Origin: an uncultured Candidatus Saccharibacteria bacterium
GTDB lineage: Bacteria; Patescibacteriota; Minisyncoccia; Minisyncoccales; Staskawiczbacteraceae
Assembly: GCA_964516865.1 (NCBI GenBank)
Contig: CAZEXD010000001.1
Location: 1-53,085 of the forward strand
Length of the DNA: 53,085 bases
Direction of reading: 5' to 3'
Shown here: piece by piece, positions 43,814 to 51,713 of the stretch
How positions within the stretch are numbered: position 1 is the first letter of the stretch
Layout: every line of letters begins with the position of its first letter
Made by a program: the position numbers and the translations under genes
The notes under the pieces: model-generated
Seen by the model: only the letters and a program-made list of their open reading frames with translations
What the model was told of the DNA's origin: nothing
Databases searched by the model: none

Positions 43814-45664
43814 ATGATTAATATTTTCAAGAAAACAGCCAGAACCAGATTTTTGTTTTTTGTCATTTCTGATATGGTTTTGATTATTTCTGCCGTGCTA
43901 TTATCCTTTCTCATAAGGTTTGATTGGAATGTTCCGGCAAATTACTCCCCTTTTATTTTAAAGACAGCGGCGCTTGCTATTATTTTCATAATTCCGATAT
44001 TTTATTTTTCGAAACTTTATTCTTTTTCTTGGTCTTATGTCAGCACCAACGAATTGATTTCTTTATTTAAAGCAATTACTCTTTCTTTTTTCTTTTTAGG
44101 TATTACCATTTATATCTCCAAAGATTTTCCTTTTTTCACCAATTTCCCGCGTTCCACTCTTTTTATAAGTTATTTTTTAGTTTTTATTTTTTGCGGCGCA
44201 ATTCGTTTTGCTAAAAGAATTTGGTTACAGATATTTGGGTTAGGATTAATAAAAGAAAAAGAAAAAACTTTAATCGCCGGCGCCGGTGATGCTGGCGAAC
44301 AAATTTTAAGAAGTATTTTAATGTCAAAAAAAAGTCCTTACTTGCCTGTTGGTTTTGTTGACGATAATCCGATAAAACAAAAGACAATAATTCATGGTAT
44401 TAAGGTTTTGGGAAAAACCAATGATATTCCCAAAATAGTGAAAAATTATCAAGTAAAACAGCTTATTATTGCTTTTCCTTCAGCTGGCGTTTCAATAATT
44501 AGAAAAACGGTTGAATTAGGAAGAAAAGCAGGGTTGAAAAAAATTAAAATTATTCCGCCAATAACTGAAATTATAAATAGTGGTATTTCTTTAAAAAATC
44601 TTAAAGAAATTGAAGTAGAAGATTTATTAGGGAGAGAGCCGGTTGATTTAGAGTTAAAGGAAATTGAAAAATTTATTAAAGACAAAATTATTTTGGTTAC
44701 CGGCGCCGCCGGTTCAATTGGTTCTGAGTTGTCAAAACAAATTGCAAGGTTTAAACCATCTTTACTTTTGTTATTAGACCAAGATGAGACGGGAATTTTT
44801 AATATTTCTGAGGAATTAGAAGATAATTTTCCATCTTTAAAAATCCAAGCGTTAGTGGCGAATATTAGAGACGAACAAAAAATAAAAGCAATATTTAAAG
44901 AGTTTAAACCAAATGTTGTTTTTCATGCCGCTGCTTACAAACATGTTCCTTTGATGGAAAAACATCCCGATGAGGCAGTAAAAAACAATATTTTTGGGAC
45001 GAAAATATTGGCAGAGATTAACCTTGATTATGGAGTAGAAAAATTTATTAATATCTCTACTGATAAGGCAGTAAATCCAACCTCTGTGATGGGGGCAACA
45101 AAAAGAGTCGCGGAAATGATTTGTCAGGCGCTTAATCAAAACGCTAAAACTAAATTTATTTCCGTTAGATTTGGTAATGTTTTGGACAGCCGGGGAAGTG
45201 TAATTCCAATTTTTCGAGAACAAATAAAAAAGGGAGGACCGGTTGAGGTAACTCATTCCGAAATGAAGAGATATTTTATGCTAATATCCGAAGCTTGTCT
45301 TTTGGTTATGCAAGCTGGAGCCATTGGTAGGGGCGGAGAGGTTTTTATTTTGGATATGGGAGAGCCAATTAAAATTTTGGATTTGGCAAAAGAAATGATA
45401 AAATTGTCAGGTTTTGAACCGGATAAAGACATACCAATAGTGTTTACCGGAATAAGGCCCGGCGAGAAGTTATTCGAGGATATTTTAATAGCGGAAGAGG
45501 GCGCCGTCGCTACTAAAAATGAAAAAATATTTACTGCTAAACTTAATGATATAAATCAGGAAAATTTGAACAAACAAATAAAAGAACTGGAAAGATCGCT
45601 TTCGGCCGGGAAAAAAGAAATTGTGGAACATCTTAAAAAAATAGTACCTCTTTACAGGCCATAA
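43814..45664 (+). CDS. Membrane-anchored UDP-HexNAc 4,6-dehydratase (CapD/PglF/WbpM family)
   Basis: N-terminal TM helices, ILVTGAAGSIGSEL, AAAYKHVPLME, ISTDKAVNPTSVMGATKRVAE, VRFGNVLDSRGSVIP. Confidence 0.9.
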   Translation: MINIFKKTARTRFLFFVISDMVLIISAVLLSFLIRFDWNVPANYSPFILKTAALAIIFIIPIFYFSKLYSFSWSYVSTNELISLFKAITLSFFFLGITIYISKDFPFFTNFPRSTLFISYFLVFIFCGAIRFAKRIWLQIFGLGLIKEKEKTLIAGAGDAGEQILRSILMSKKSPYLPVGFVDDNPIKQKTIIHGIKVLGKTNDIPKIVKNYQVKQLIIAFPSAGVSIIRKTVELGRKAGLKKIKIIPPITEIINSGISLKNLKEIEVEDLLGREPVDLELKEIEKFIKDKIILVTGAAGSIGSELSKQIARFKPSLLLLLDQDETGIFNISEELEDNFPSLKIQALVANIRDEQKIKAIFKEFKPNVVFHAAAYKHVPLMEKHPDEAVKNNIFGTKILAEINLDYGVEKFINISTDKAVNPTSVMGATKRVAEMICQALNQNAKTKFISVRFGNVLDSRGSVIPIFREQIKKGGPVEVTHSEMKRYFMLISEACLLVMQAGAIGRGGEVFILDMGEPIKILDLAKEMIKLSGFEPDKDIPIVFTGIRPGEKLFEDILIAEEGAVATKNEKIFTAKLNDINQENLNKQIKELERSLSAGKKEIVEHLKKIVPLYRP

Positions 45665-45670
45665 AAATTT

Positions 45671-45698
45671 TTGTAAAAAGATATTTTTGTGTTAAAAT
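45671..45698 (+). promoter_or_regulatory. Promoter-like TTGTAA - 16 nt - TGT-TAAAAT
   Basis: Same extended -10 word (TGTTAAAAT) as at 2892-2900; 24 nt upstream of ATG 45723. Confidence 0.4.
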
Positions 45699-45722
45699 TA
45701 AAATGCGATAATTTTAATTTTT

Positions 45723-47354
45723 ATGAAGCATCTGCTTAAAAATAAAAAAATCATATTTTTCGGTCTCTTTGCTTTATCGTTTTTTTTTGTTACTCCCGCC
45801 GAGGCAGTCAATCTTAATGATTCGATAGTTTTTAATGTTGATTCGTCATACGACGCAACCGCCAGGTTCAATTTAGAAGCTACTTTAATTAAAACTACTT
45901 CAAAACTTTATTTTTATATTGAAAAAAGCTGGTGGGATTCTCAGATTTATGCCAAGCAAAACGAGATTCTTAATAATTTAGAGATTTTATCTCAGGAATT
46001 TGAAAACAAGATTTATCCTGTTTTAACCTCTGTCTTTGGTTCTGAGTGGAATCCTGGCATCGATTCCGATAGCAAAATTACTATTTTATTCCATTTAATG
46101 AAAGGGGAAGCCGGCGGATATTTCAGAACAAATGATGAATACCTAAAACTACAAGTACCAGATTCCAACGAACGGGAAATGGTTTATTTGCCCATTAACC
46201 AATTAGATAATAGTTATAAACTAAAAGTTATTTTGGCTCACGAACTTGTTCATTTAATAACCTTCAACCAAAAAGATAAAATGTTTGGTCTTAGCGAGGA
46301 AACGTGGTTAAATGAAGCACGAGCCGAATATTCAGCCACCATCTTGGGCTATAACGATAATTATACAGGAAGTGTTCTTCGAGAAAGAATGAGAGATTTT
46401 TTAGAAAACCCCTCCGATTCATTAACAGAGTGGCGCGAAAATAAATATGATTATGCGGTGATAAATGCCTTTACCCATTATGTGGTTGATCATTATGGCG
46501 TTCAAATCTTAATTGATTCTTTAAAGACAAAATCAGTCGGCATACCAAGCATTAATGAAGCACTGAAAAAAAACGGAATTAAAAAAGATTTCTCTCAAAT
46601 ATTTACTGATTGGACAGTGGCTGTGGTAGTGAATAATTGTTCTTTTGGTAATGAATACTGTTATTTAAATCCCGATCTAAGCAGTGTGCGCATTGTTCCC
46701 AATTTAAACTTTTTGCCTTTTGGCGGCCAGAGTTCTTTGTTTGTGGCAAATATCACCAAAAACTGGGCGGGAAATTGGCAGAAAATTTTTGGAGGAAGCG
46801 GCAATCTTAAATTAGAATTTAGTAGTTTAAAAGGACTTAACTTTAAAGTGCCATATTTAATCCAAACCAAAAGCGGCGAAACCTCTTTAAATTTTTTATC
46901 ACTTGATGAAAACCAAAAGGGCGAAATTTCACTTAGTGATTTTGGGGCGCAAAATATGACATTAATCATTATTCCCTCTTTACAAACAAAATTATCAGGT
47001 TTTGACGGAAATGAGTTAACTTATCCTTATTCTTTTACTATTTCTGTTTCAGGCCAACAAAGGGGAAACCCCTTAATTCCTGTCGGATTTGCTTTTAATA
47101 AAAATCTTTATTACGGAATAAAGAGCGAAGATGTTATTTATTTAAAAATTATTTTGGCTGCCGAGGAATGCGTTTCCAACTTGGCAAACACCAATTATTT
47201 CGGCCCTGCAACCTTGAGGGGAGTAAAATGCTTCCAAAATAAATATAAATCTGAGATTTCGGCGGCCGCTGGTTATGCTATTAGGAGTACTGGTTTTGTG
47301 GGCATTGGGACAAGAATGAAGCTAAATAGTCTATTGGGCTTGACAGGGGAATAA
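45723..47354 (+). CDS. Secreted gluzincin-type (peptidase MA-like) protein with C-terminal PG_binding_1-like domain
   Basis: Signal peptide ...VTPAEA/V; AHELVHLITFNQKDKMFGLSEETWLNEARAEY (HExxH ... WLNE); C-terminal VIYLKIILAAEECVSNLANTNYFGPATLRGVKCFQNKYKSEIS...GIGTRMKLNSLL. Confidence 0.65.
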   Translation: MKHLLKNKKIIFFGLFALSFFFVTPAEAVNLNDSIVFNVDSSYDATARFNLEATLIKTTSKLYFYIEKSWWDSQIYAKQNEILNNLEILSQEFENKIYPVLTSVFGSEWNPGIDSDSKITILFHLMKGEAGGYFRTNDEYLKLQVPDSNEREMVYLPINQLDNSYKLKVILAHELVHLITFNQKDKMFGLSEETWLNEARAEYSATILGYNDNYTGSVLRERMRDFLENPSDSLTEWRENKYDYAVINAFTHYVVDHYGVQILIDSLKTKSVGIPSINEALKKNGIKKDFSQIFTDWTVAVVVNNCSFGNEYCYLNPDLSSVRIVPNLNFLPFGGQSSLFVANITKNWAGNWQKIFGGSGNLKLEFSSLKGLNFKVPYLIQTKSGETSLNFLSLDENQKGEISLSDFGAQNMTLIIIPSLQTKLSGFDGNELTYPYSFTISVSGQQRGNPLIPVGFAFNKNLYYGIKSEDVIYLKIILAAEECVSNLANTNYFGPATLRGVKCFQNKYKSEISAAAGYAIRSTGFVGIGTRMKLNSLLGLTGE

Positions 47355-47415
47355 TAATTTGCTAATATTAAACTGTGAGTGCGATTCGCCTTCGGGCGAA
47401 AACTCTACAAAGTGG

Positions 47416-47454
47416 ACAACAGACCTTACTTAAGCAAGGTCTGTTGTTTTTTTA
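47416..47454 (+). terminator. Strong rho-independent terminator
   Basis: ACAACAGACCTT-loop-AAGGTCTGTTGT (12-bp stem) followed by a T-run. Confidence 0.8.
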
Positions 47455-47513
47455 TTTTATTTTTATTTTGTATTATATTTATATTTTGTATTTATTTATT
47501 TTTTATTCATTAT

Positions 47514-47550
47514 TATCGTATTAATTTGCCATGGCAGAATTATCACGATA
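47514..47550. promoter_or_regulatory. Imperfect long palindrome centred on TGCCATGGCA, outer arms TATCGT / ACGATA
   Basis: Read directly; about 70 nt upstream of the PaaX-like gene; related to 48222..48257. Confidence 0.45.
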
Positions 47551-47617
47551 TAATAAAGTTAGAGTTTTATTTATTATTTTGTTTTTAAATTTAAAAACTA
47601 TATGATTAAAAAATTAT

Positions 47618-48193
47618 ATGACTAAATATAAATTCTATTTTCGGAAACCAAAATCAGAAATTGTAAAAGATATTCTTCTTTGGTTATTTATGGGTGGCGC
47701 TATTTATATTGCTGCTACTTCTCCTTATTTTGCCTTTAATTTATGGAAAAATTTTAGAAAGTGGTCGAAAGGTAAAAAGAAAAGAGTTTATGATACATTT
47801 TACAGGTTGCAAAAAGAGGGATGTATTGAAACTACAGAGAAAAACCATCAAATTTATATTAAACTTACCCAAAAAGGACGAGAAAAAGCAGGCTGGTTGC
47901 AAATTGATAATTTAGAAATTAAAAAACCAAAAAAATGGGATAAAAAGTGGAGGATTGTTATTTTTGATATTTCTCAACTCAAAAAGGTTTATAGAGAGGC
48001 CTTTAGAGGAAAATTAAAAGAATTAGGATTTTATCCACTTCAAAAAAGCGTTTGGATTACTCCTTTTGAATGTTGTAATGAAATTAAATTATTAAAAGAA
48101 TTTTTTGGTTTGACAGAAAAAGAAGTAAGATTAATTGAAGCAATAAATATAGGTGAAGACGATTATTTAAAGAAAGTTTTTAAATTAATATAA
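47618..48193 (+). CDS. PaaX-like protein (N-terminal TM/wHTH region + Cas2-like ferredoxin-fold domain)
   Basis: YDTFYRLQKEGCIE...; KKWDKKWRIVIFDISQLKKVYREAFRGKLKELGFYPLQKSVWITPFE matches the PaaX / Cas2-fold motif (W.G.W..v.fDiP...R...R..L...Gf..lq.SvW..P). Confidence 0.5.
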   Translation: MTKYKFYFRKPKSEIVKDILLWLFMGGAIYIAATSPYFAFNLWKNFRKWSKGKKKRVYDTFYRLQKEGCIETTEKNHQIYIKLTQKGREKAGWLQIDNLEIKKPKKWDKKWRIVIFDISQLKKVYREAFRGKLKELGFYPLQKSVWITPFECCNEIKLLKEFFGLTEKEVRLIEAINIGEDDYLKKVFKLI

Positions 48194-48221
48194 ATGGGAT
48201 AAAGATGTTTTTTTGTTATTC

Positions 48222-48257
48222 ATCGTGTTAACAAAGCCATGGCATTACTAACACGAT
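48222..48257. promoter_or_regulatory. Long palindrome: 9-bp arms ATCGTGTTA / TAACACGAT around GCCATGGC
   Basis: Read directly; 29 nt downstream of the PaaX-like stop; could equally be a terminator-like hairpin. Confidence 0.5.
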
Positions 48258-48329
48258 AATTTTAAATAATTAAAATTTTAGACATTGCATTGTAATTACA
48301 TTATTATTTGTAATTTATTTTTGTTCTTC

Positions 48330-48358
48330 TTGATTGTATATCTTAATTTATTTATAAT
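48330..48358 (+). promoter_or_regulatory. Near-consensus sigma-70 promoter TTGATT - 17 nt - TATAAT
   Basis: TTGATT 48330-48335, 17-nt spacer, TATAAT 48353-48358; predicted start about 48365. Confidence 0.45.
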
Positions 48359-48363
48359 GAAAT

Positions 48364-48453
48364 TGGCTGGGGGACAGCACTCACAAAACACTTTGAATTG
48401 GAGTTTAACTCCCCAGCCACTTAAAATCACCTCAGAGGTGATTTTAATTTTTC
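48364..48453 (+). ncRNA. Candidate ~90-nt structured RNA (stand-alone sRNA or terminator-type leader of murB)
   Basis: 9-bp closing stem TGGCTGGGG (48364-72) / CCCCAGCCA (48411-19) around nested small helices, then hairpin AAAATCACC-loop-GGTGATTTT plus T-run (48423..48453); the track ORF 48285..48518 here looks spurious. Confidence 0.35.
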
Positions 48454-48507
48454 TTTTAGTTGTTAGAATTGATTATTTTGTTTATACTTTATATATTAAG
48501 AAAAAAA

Positions 48508-49458
48508 ATGAAATTTAGAAAAATTTTTTTAGGCGTTAAAAATAATGTTTTGTTAGGTCGCTATACTACTTTTAAAATTGGAGGACCGGCAAAATATTTT
48601 TTTATAGCTAAAAGCAAAGAAGATTTAATTAAAGCCATTAAAACGGCAAAAAAGTTTAATTTACCATTTTATATTTTAGGTGGAGGAAGCAATTTATTAG
48701 TGTCAGATAGAGGATATAAGGGAATAGTAATCAAATATCAAGCATCAAACATCAAATATCAAAAAGAAGGAGAAATTTTTGCGCAAGCAGGAACACCATT
48801 ACAAAAAATTGTTAGTTTAACACAAGAAAAATCATTAACCAATCTGGAGTGGGCAGTAGGAATTCCTGGAACCATCGGCGGCGCTATTTACGGAAATGCG
48901 GGAGCGTTCGGTTCGTTTATCGCCGATAACATTAAAAAGGTGGAAGTTTTAGATACAAAAAATATGAAAATTAAAAATTTTTCAAAAGAACAATGCAGAT
49001 TTAAAAATAAAGAAAGTATTTTCAAAAAAAATAAAAGCCTCGTTATTTTATCGGTTCTCTTAAAACTAAAGAGGGGAAGAAGAGAAAAAATTAAAGAGAA
49101 AATAAAAAACTTTTTAACATATAAAGAGATGAATCAACCCTTAAATTTTCCTTCAGCCGGCTGTGTGTTTAAAAATTACCAAAAACAGGTTAAAAACAAA
49201 AAATTAGTAAAAGAATTTCCGGAATTAGAAGAATTTAATAAAAGGGGATTAATACCGGCATCTTATTTAATTGACAAAAGCGGGTTAAAAGGGAAGAAGG
49301 TCGGGGGCGCTAAAATTTCTGAAAAACACGCTAATTTTATTATAAACACGAATGGCGCTAAGGCAAAAGATGTAATAAAATTAATGAAATTAGTAAAAGA
49401 AAAAGTAAAAAATAAATTTGGCATTAAATTAGAAGAAGAAATCCAATACCTTAAATAA
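48508..49458 (+). CDS. murB: UDP-N-acetylenolpyruvoylglucosamine reductase
   Basis: RYTTFKIGGPAKYFF, YILGGGSNLLVSD, GIPGTIGGAIYGNAGAFG, SAGCVFKN, AKISEKHANFIIN; ATG 48508 preferred over 48460. Confidence 0.9.
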   Translation: MKFRKIFLGVKNNVLLGRYTTFKIGGPAKYFFIAKSKEDLIKAIKTAKKFNLPFYILGGGSNLLVSDRGYKGIVIKYQASNIKYQKEGEIFAQAGTPLQKIVSLTQEKSLTNLEWAVGIPGTIGGAIYGNAGAFGSFIADNIKKVEVLDTKNMKIKNFSKEQCRFKNKESIFKKNKSLVILSVLLKLKRGRREKIKEKIKNFLTYKEMNQPLNFPSAGCVFKNYQKQVKNKKLVKEFPELEEFNKRGLIPASYLIDKSGLKGKKVGGAKISEKHANFIINTNGAKAKDVIKLMKLVKEKVKNKFGIKLEEEIQYLK

Positions 49459-49486
49459 ATTTTTTAATTTAATTTTCAATATAATT

Positions 49487-49870
49487 ATGGAAATTATTAT
49501 TAAAACAAGAAATATAAAACCAACTGAATCATTAAATGATTTTATTGAAGAAAAAATTGGAGGACTTAAGAAATTTATAAATATTTTTCAAAAACCGCAA
49601 ATAGAAAAAAAGCCGTTGGGTCAATTTTTTGTGGAAATAGAAAAAGAAACAAAACATCATCAGACTGGTCCATATTTTAGAGCCGAAGTGCAAGTTCATT
49701 TGCCCGGCAAGACTTTAAGAGCCGAGGCGAGAAGCAGTGATTTAAAAATGTCAATTGCTAAAATAAAAGATGAAATGCAACAAGAAATAAAAAAATACAA
49801 ATTAAAAAAAATTGATTTAGAAAGAAAAAAAGCAAGAAACATTAAAAAGGCGCTGCGCCTAACTCTTTAG
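49487..49870 (+). CDS. hpf: Ribosome hibernation promoting factor (HPF/RaiA family)
   Basis: MEIIIKTRNIKPTESLNDFIEEKIGGLKKF... typical family N-terminus and size. Confidence 0.75.
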   Translation: MEIIIKTRNIKPTESLNDFIEEKIGGLKKFINIFQKPQIEKKPLGQFFVEIEKETKHHQTGPYFRAEVQVHLPGKTLRAEARSSDLKMSIAKIKDEMQQEIKKYKLKKIDLERKKARNIKKALRLTL

Positions 49871-49917
49871 CCATTTTTAAAATAAGAAAGAATAACAACT
49901 TAATACATTTTATTGCT

Positions 49918-49945
49918 TAATAACTAATAACTAATAATTAATAAT
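49918..49945 (+). repeat. Heptamer microsatellite (TAATAAY)x4
   Basis: taataac taataac taataat taataat read directly, 15 nt upstream of the pdaD ATG. Confidence 0.85.
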
Positions 49946-49959
49946 TAACACCTAATACT

Positions 49960-50502
49960 ATGTTACCAACAAAATTTTTTTTCACTAAAGGCGTAGGGGT
50001 CGCCAAAGAGAAATTAAGTTCTTTTGAACTAGCTTTAAGAAGCGCGGGGATTGAGAAATTTAATTTAGTTCCCGTTTCTAGTATTTTGCCACCCGGTTGC
50101 CAAAAAATTCCACGAGAAAAGGGTTTAACCTATTTAAAACCAGGAGAAATTGTTTTTTGCGTAATGGCAAGAAACGAAACCAACGAACCAAACAGATTAA
50201 TAGCAGCCTCAATTGGTTGCGCTATGCCAGCTGATAATGGTCAATATGGTTATCTTTCCGAACATCATTCTTTCGGCGAAACAGAAGAAAAAGTCAGCGA
50301 CTACACCGAAGATTTAGCGGCCACAATGCTGGCAACAACTTTGGGCATTGAATTTAATTCAGAAAGCGCCTGGGATGAGAAAGAAAAAGTTTTTAAAATG
50401 TCGGGGAAAATTGTTTACACCTCCAACATTACCCAAACCGCCGAAGGGAACAAAAATGGTTTATGGACAACGGTGGTGGCGGCGGCAATTTTCGTGCCTT
50501 GA
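49960..50502 (+). CDS. pdaD: Pyruvoyl-dependent arginine decarboxylase
   Basis: [42 protein letters not shown], including the VSS self-cleavage site; 180 aa. Confidence 0.85.
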   Translation: MLPTKFFFTKGVGVAKEKLSSFELALRSAGIEKFNLVPVSSILPPGCQKIPREKGLTYLKPGEIVFCVMARNETNEPNRLIAASIGCAMPADNGQYGYLSEHHSFGETEEKVSDYTEDLAATMLATTLGIEFNSESAWDEKEKVFKMSGKIVYTSNITQTAEGNKNGLWTTVVAAAIFVP

Positions 50503-50576
50503 GTTGCTTGAAGGGGTACTTTGTAAGAACGCAAGAACTTTTTCGGTGCCCGTTTTCGCAGAAAAAGATGATTTCA

Positions 50577-50600
50577 AAAACCGCCCGATCGGGCGGTTTT
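50577..50600 (+). terminator. Rho-independent terminator
   Basis: AAAACCGCCC-GATC-GGGCGGTTTT. Confidence 0.8.
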
Positions 50601-50622
50601 AATCAAACGCATAAGATCAAAA

Positions 50623-51713
50623 ACATATTGGAAAACTCCGGGGTTTAAGACCTATGGAGTTTTTTAATCATATCCATTGTAAGTATACTGGTATTAGAGG
50701 TTTCGTCACCCTCTACAATGATTATTTTAAACACCGGTATATGATTCAAGCAAAAGCAAAAAAGAAGGCTGAGATTGTCTCTTTCTTTGAGAAATATGGT
50801 CTTGATGCCACTATCTCAGCCTTCAAGATTAGTAAATCATCAATTTACGCTTGGCGCAAGACCCTAAGACAAAATCAAGGTCGAATTGAATCCTTAAATG
50901 AGAAGTCTAAAGCTCCTAAAAATCCAAGAAAGAGCAAAATTAATCCAGCCATCAAAGAATTCATCAGGAATTATCGGAAAGAGCATCCCAGAATTGATAA
51001 AGAGAAGATAAAACCAGAATTAGATGCCTTTTGTAAGAAAATAGGGATTAAAACTATTTCTGAACCAACCATTGGCAGAATTATCAAAGAACTTAAAGAA
51101 AAAGGTGAAATACCTAAGAAATTCAAGGTTTCTTTCTACGGTAAAACAGGAAAGATAGTTATTCGAGAATTAAAACCCAAAAAGCCAAAATTGAGAAGAA
51201 AAGGATATCACCCTGAGAAGCCAGGAGATCTAATCCAAATAGATGCTATTGTTAAGTTCATCTGGGGATTAAAAAGATATATTATCACTGCTATCTATTT
51301 AAAATCAGAGTTTGCCTTTGCTCGGGCCTATAGCCATTTATCCTCTAAATCAGCTGCTGATTTCTTTGAGAAACTTCAAAAGGTAGCTCCCTTTTCTGTT
51401 AAAAGGGTCCAGACCGATAACGGAGCTGAATTCCATAAAAGATTTAGAGATAATCTGGAAAAGAAAGGAATCATTCAGTTTTTCAACTATCCCCGAAGAC
51501 CCCAAATGAATGCCCAGATAGAAAGCTTTAACCGAACAATTCAAGAAGATTTTATTGACTGGAATTTAGATCTTTTAGCTACTGATATCAACACTTTCAA
51601 TCAGAAATTAGTTGATTGGCTATTGTGGTATAATACCAAAAGAGCCCATTCTTCCTTGAATAATCAAAGTCCCTTACAATACCTGATAAACAACCTTGGA
51701 TTTTCCAATATGT
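50623..51713 (+). mobile_element. Insertion sequence (rve/DDE transposase, IS481/IS3-like) with 13-bp perfect terminal inverted repeats
   Basis: ACATATTGGAAAA at 50623-50635; its reverse complement TTTTCCAATATGT at 51701-51713; the match extends inward imperfectly (CTCCGGGGTT vs TCCAAGGTT). Confidence 0.6.

Noticed and set aside
47379-47588. 69-aa ORF in the AT-rich spacer after the peptidase-like gene
   Set aside because: It starts inside a hairpin and terminator structure, encodes a Phe/Ile/Leu/Tyr-rich string typical of translated T-rich DNA, and has no start context.
48366-48373. GGGGACAG word in the murB leader as a third REP copy
   Set aside because: Only the 8-nt left arm matches. 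The REP loop and right arm are absent, and the word pairs with a different partner (CCCCAGCC).
48285-48518. 77-aa ORF upstream of murB
   Set aside because: It spans a consensus-like promoter, a long-range RNA helix and a terminator hairpin. An RNA or regulatory interpretation fits better.
50348-50648. ORFs 50348..50602+ and 50463..50648+ overlapping the 3' end of pdaD
   Set aside because: They are alternate frames of pdaD and its terminator region, with Gly/Arg-rich products and no motifs.
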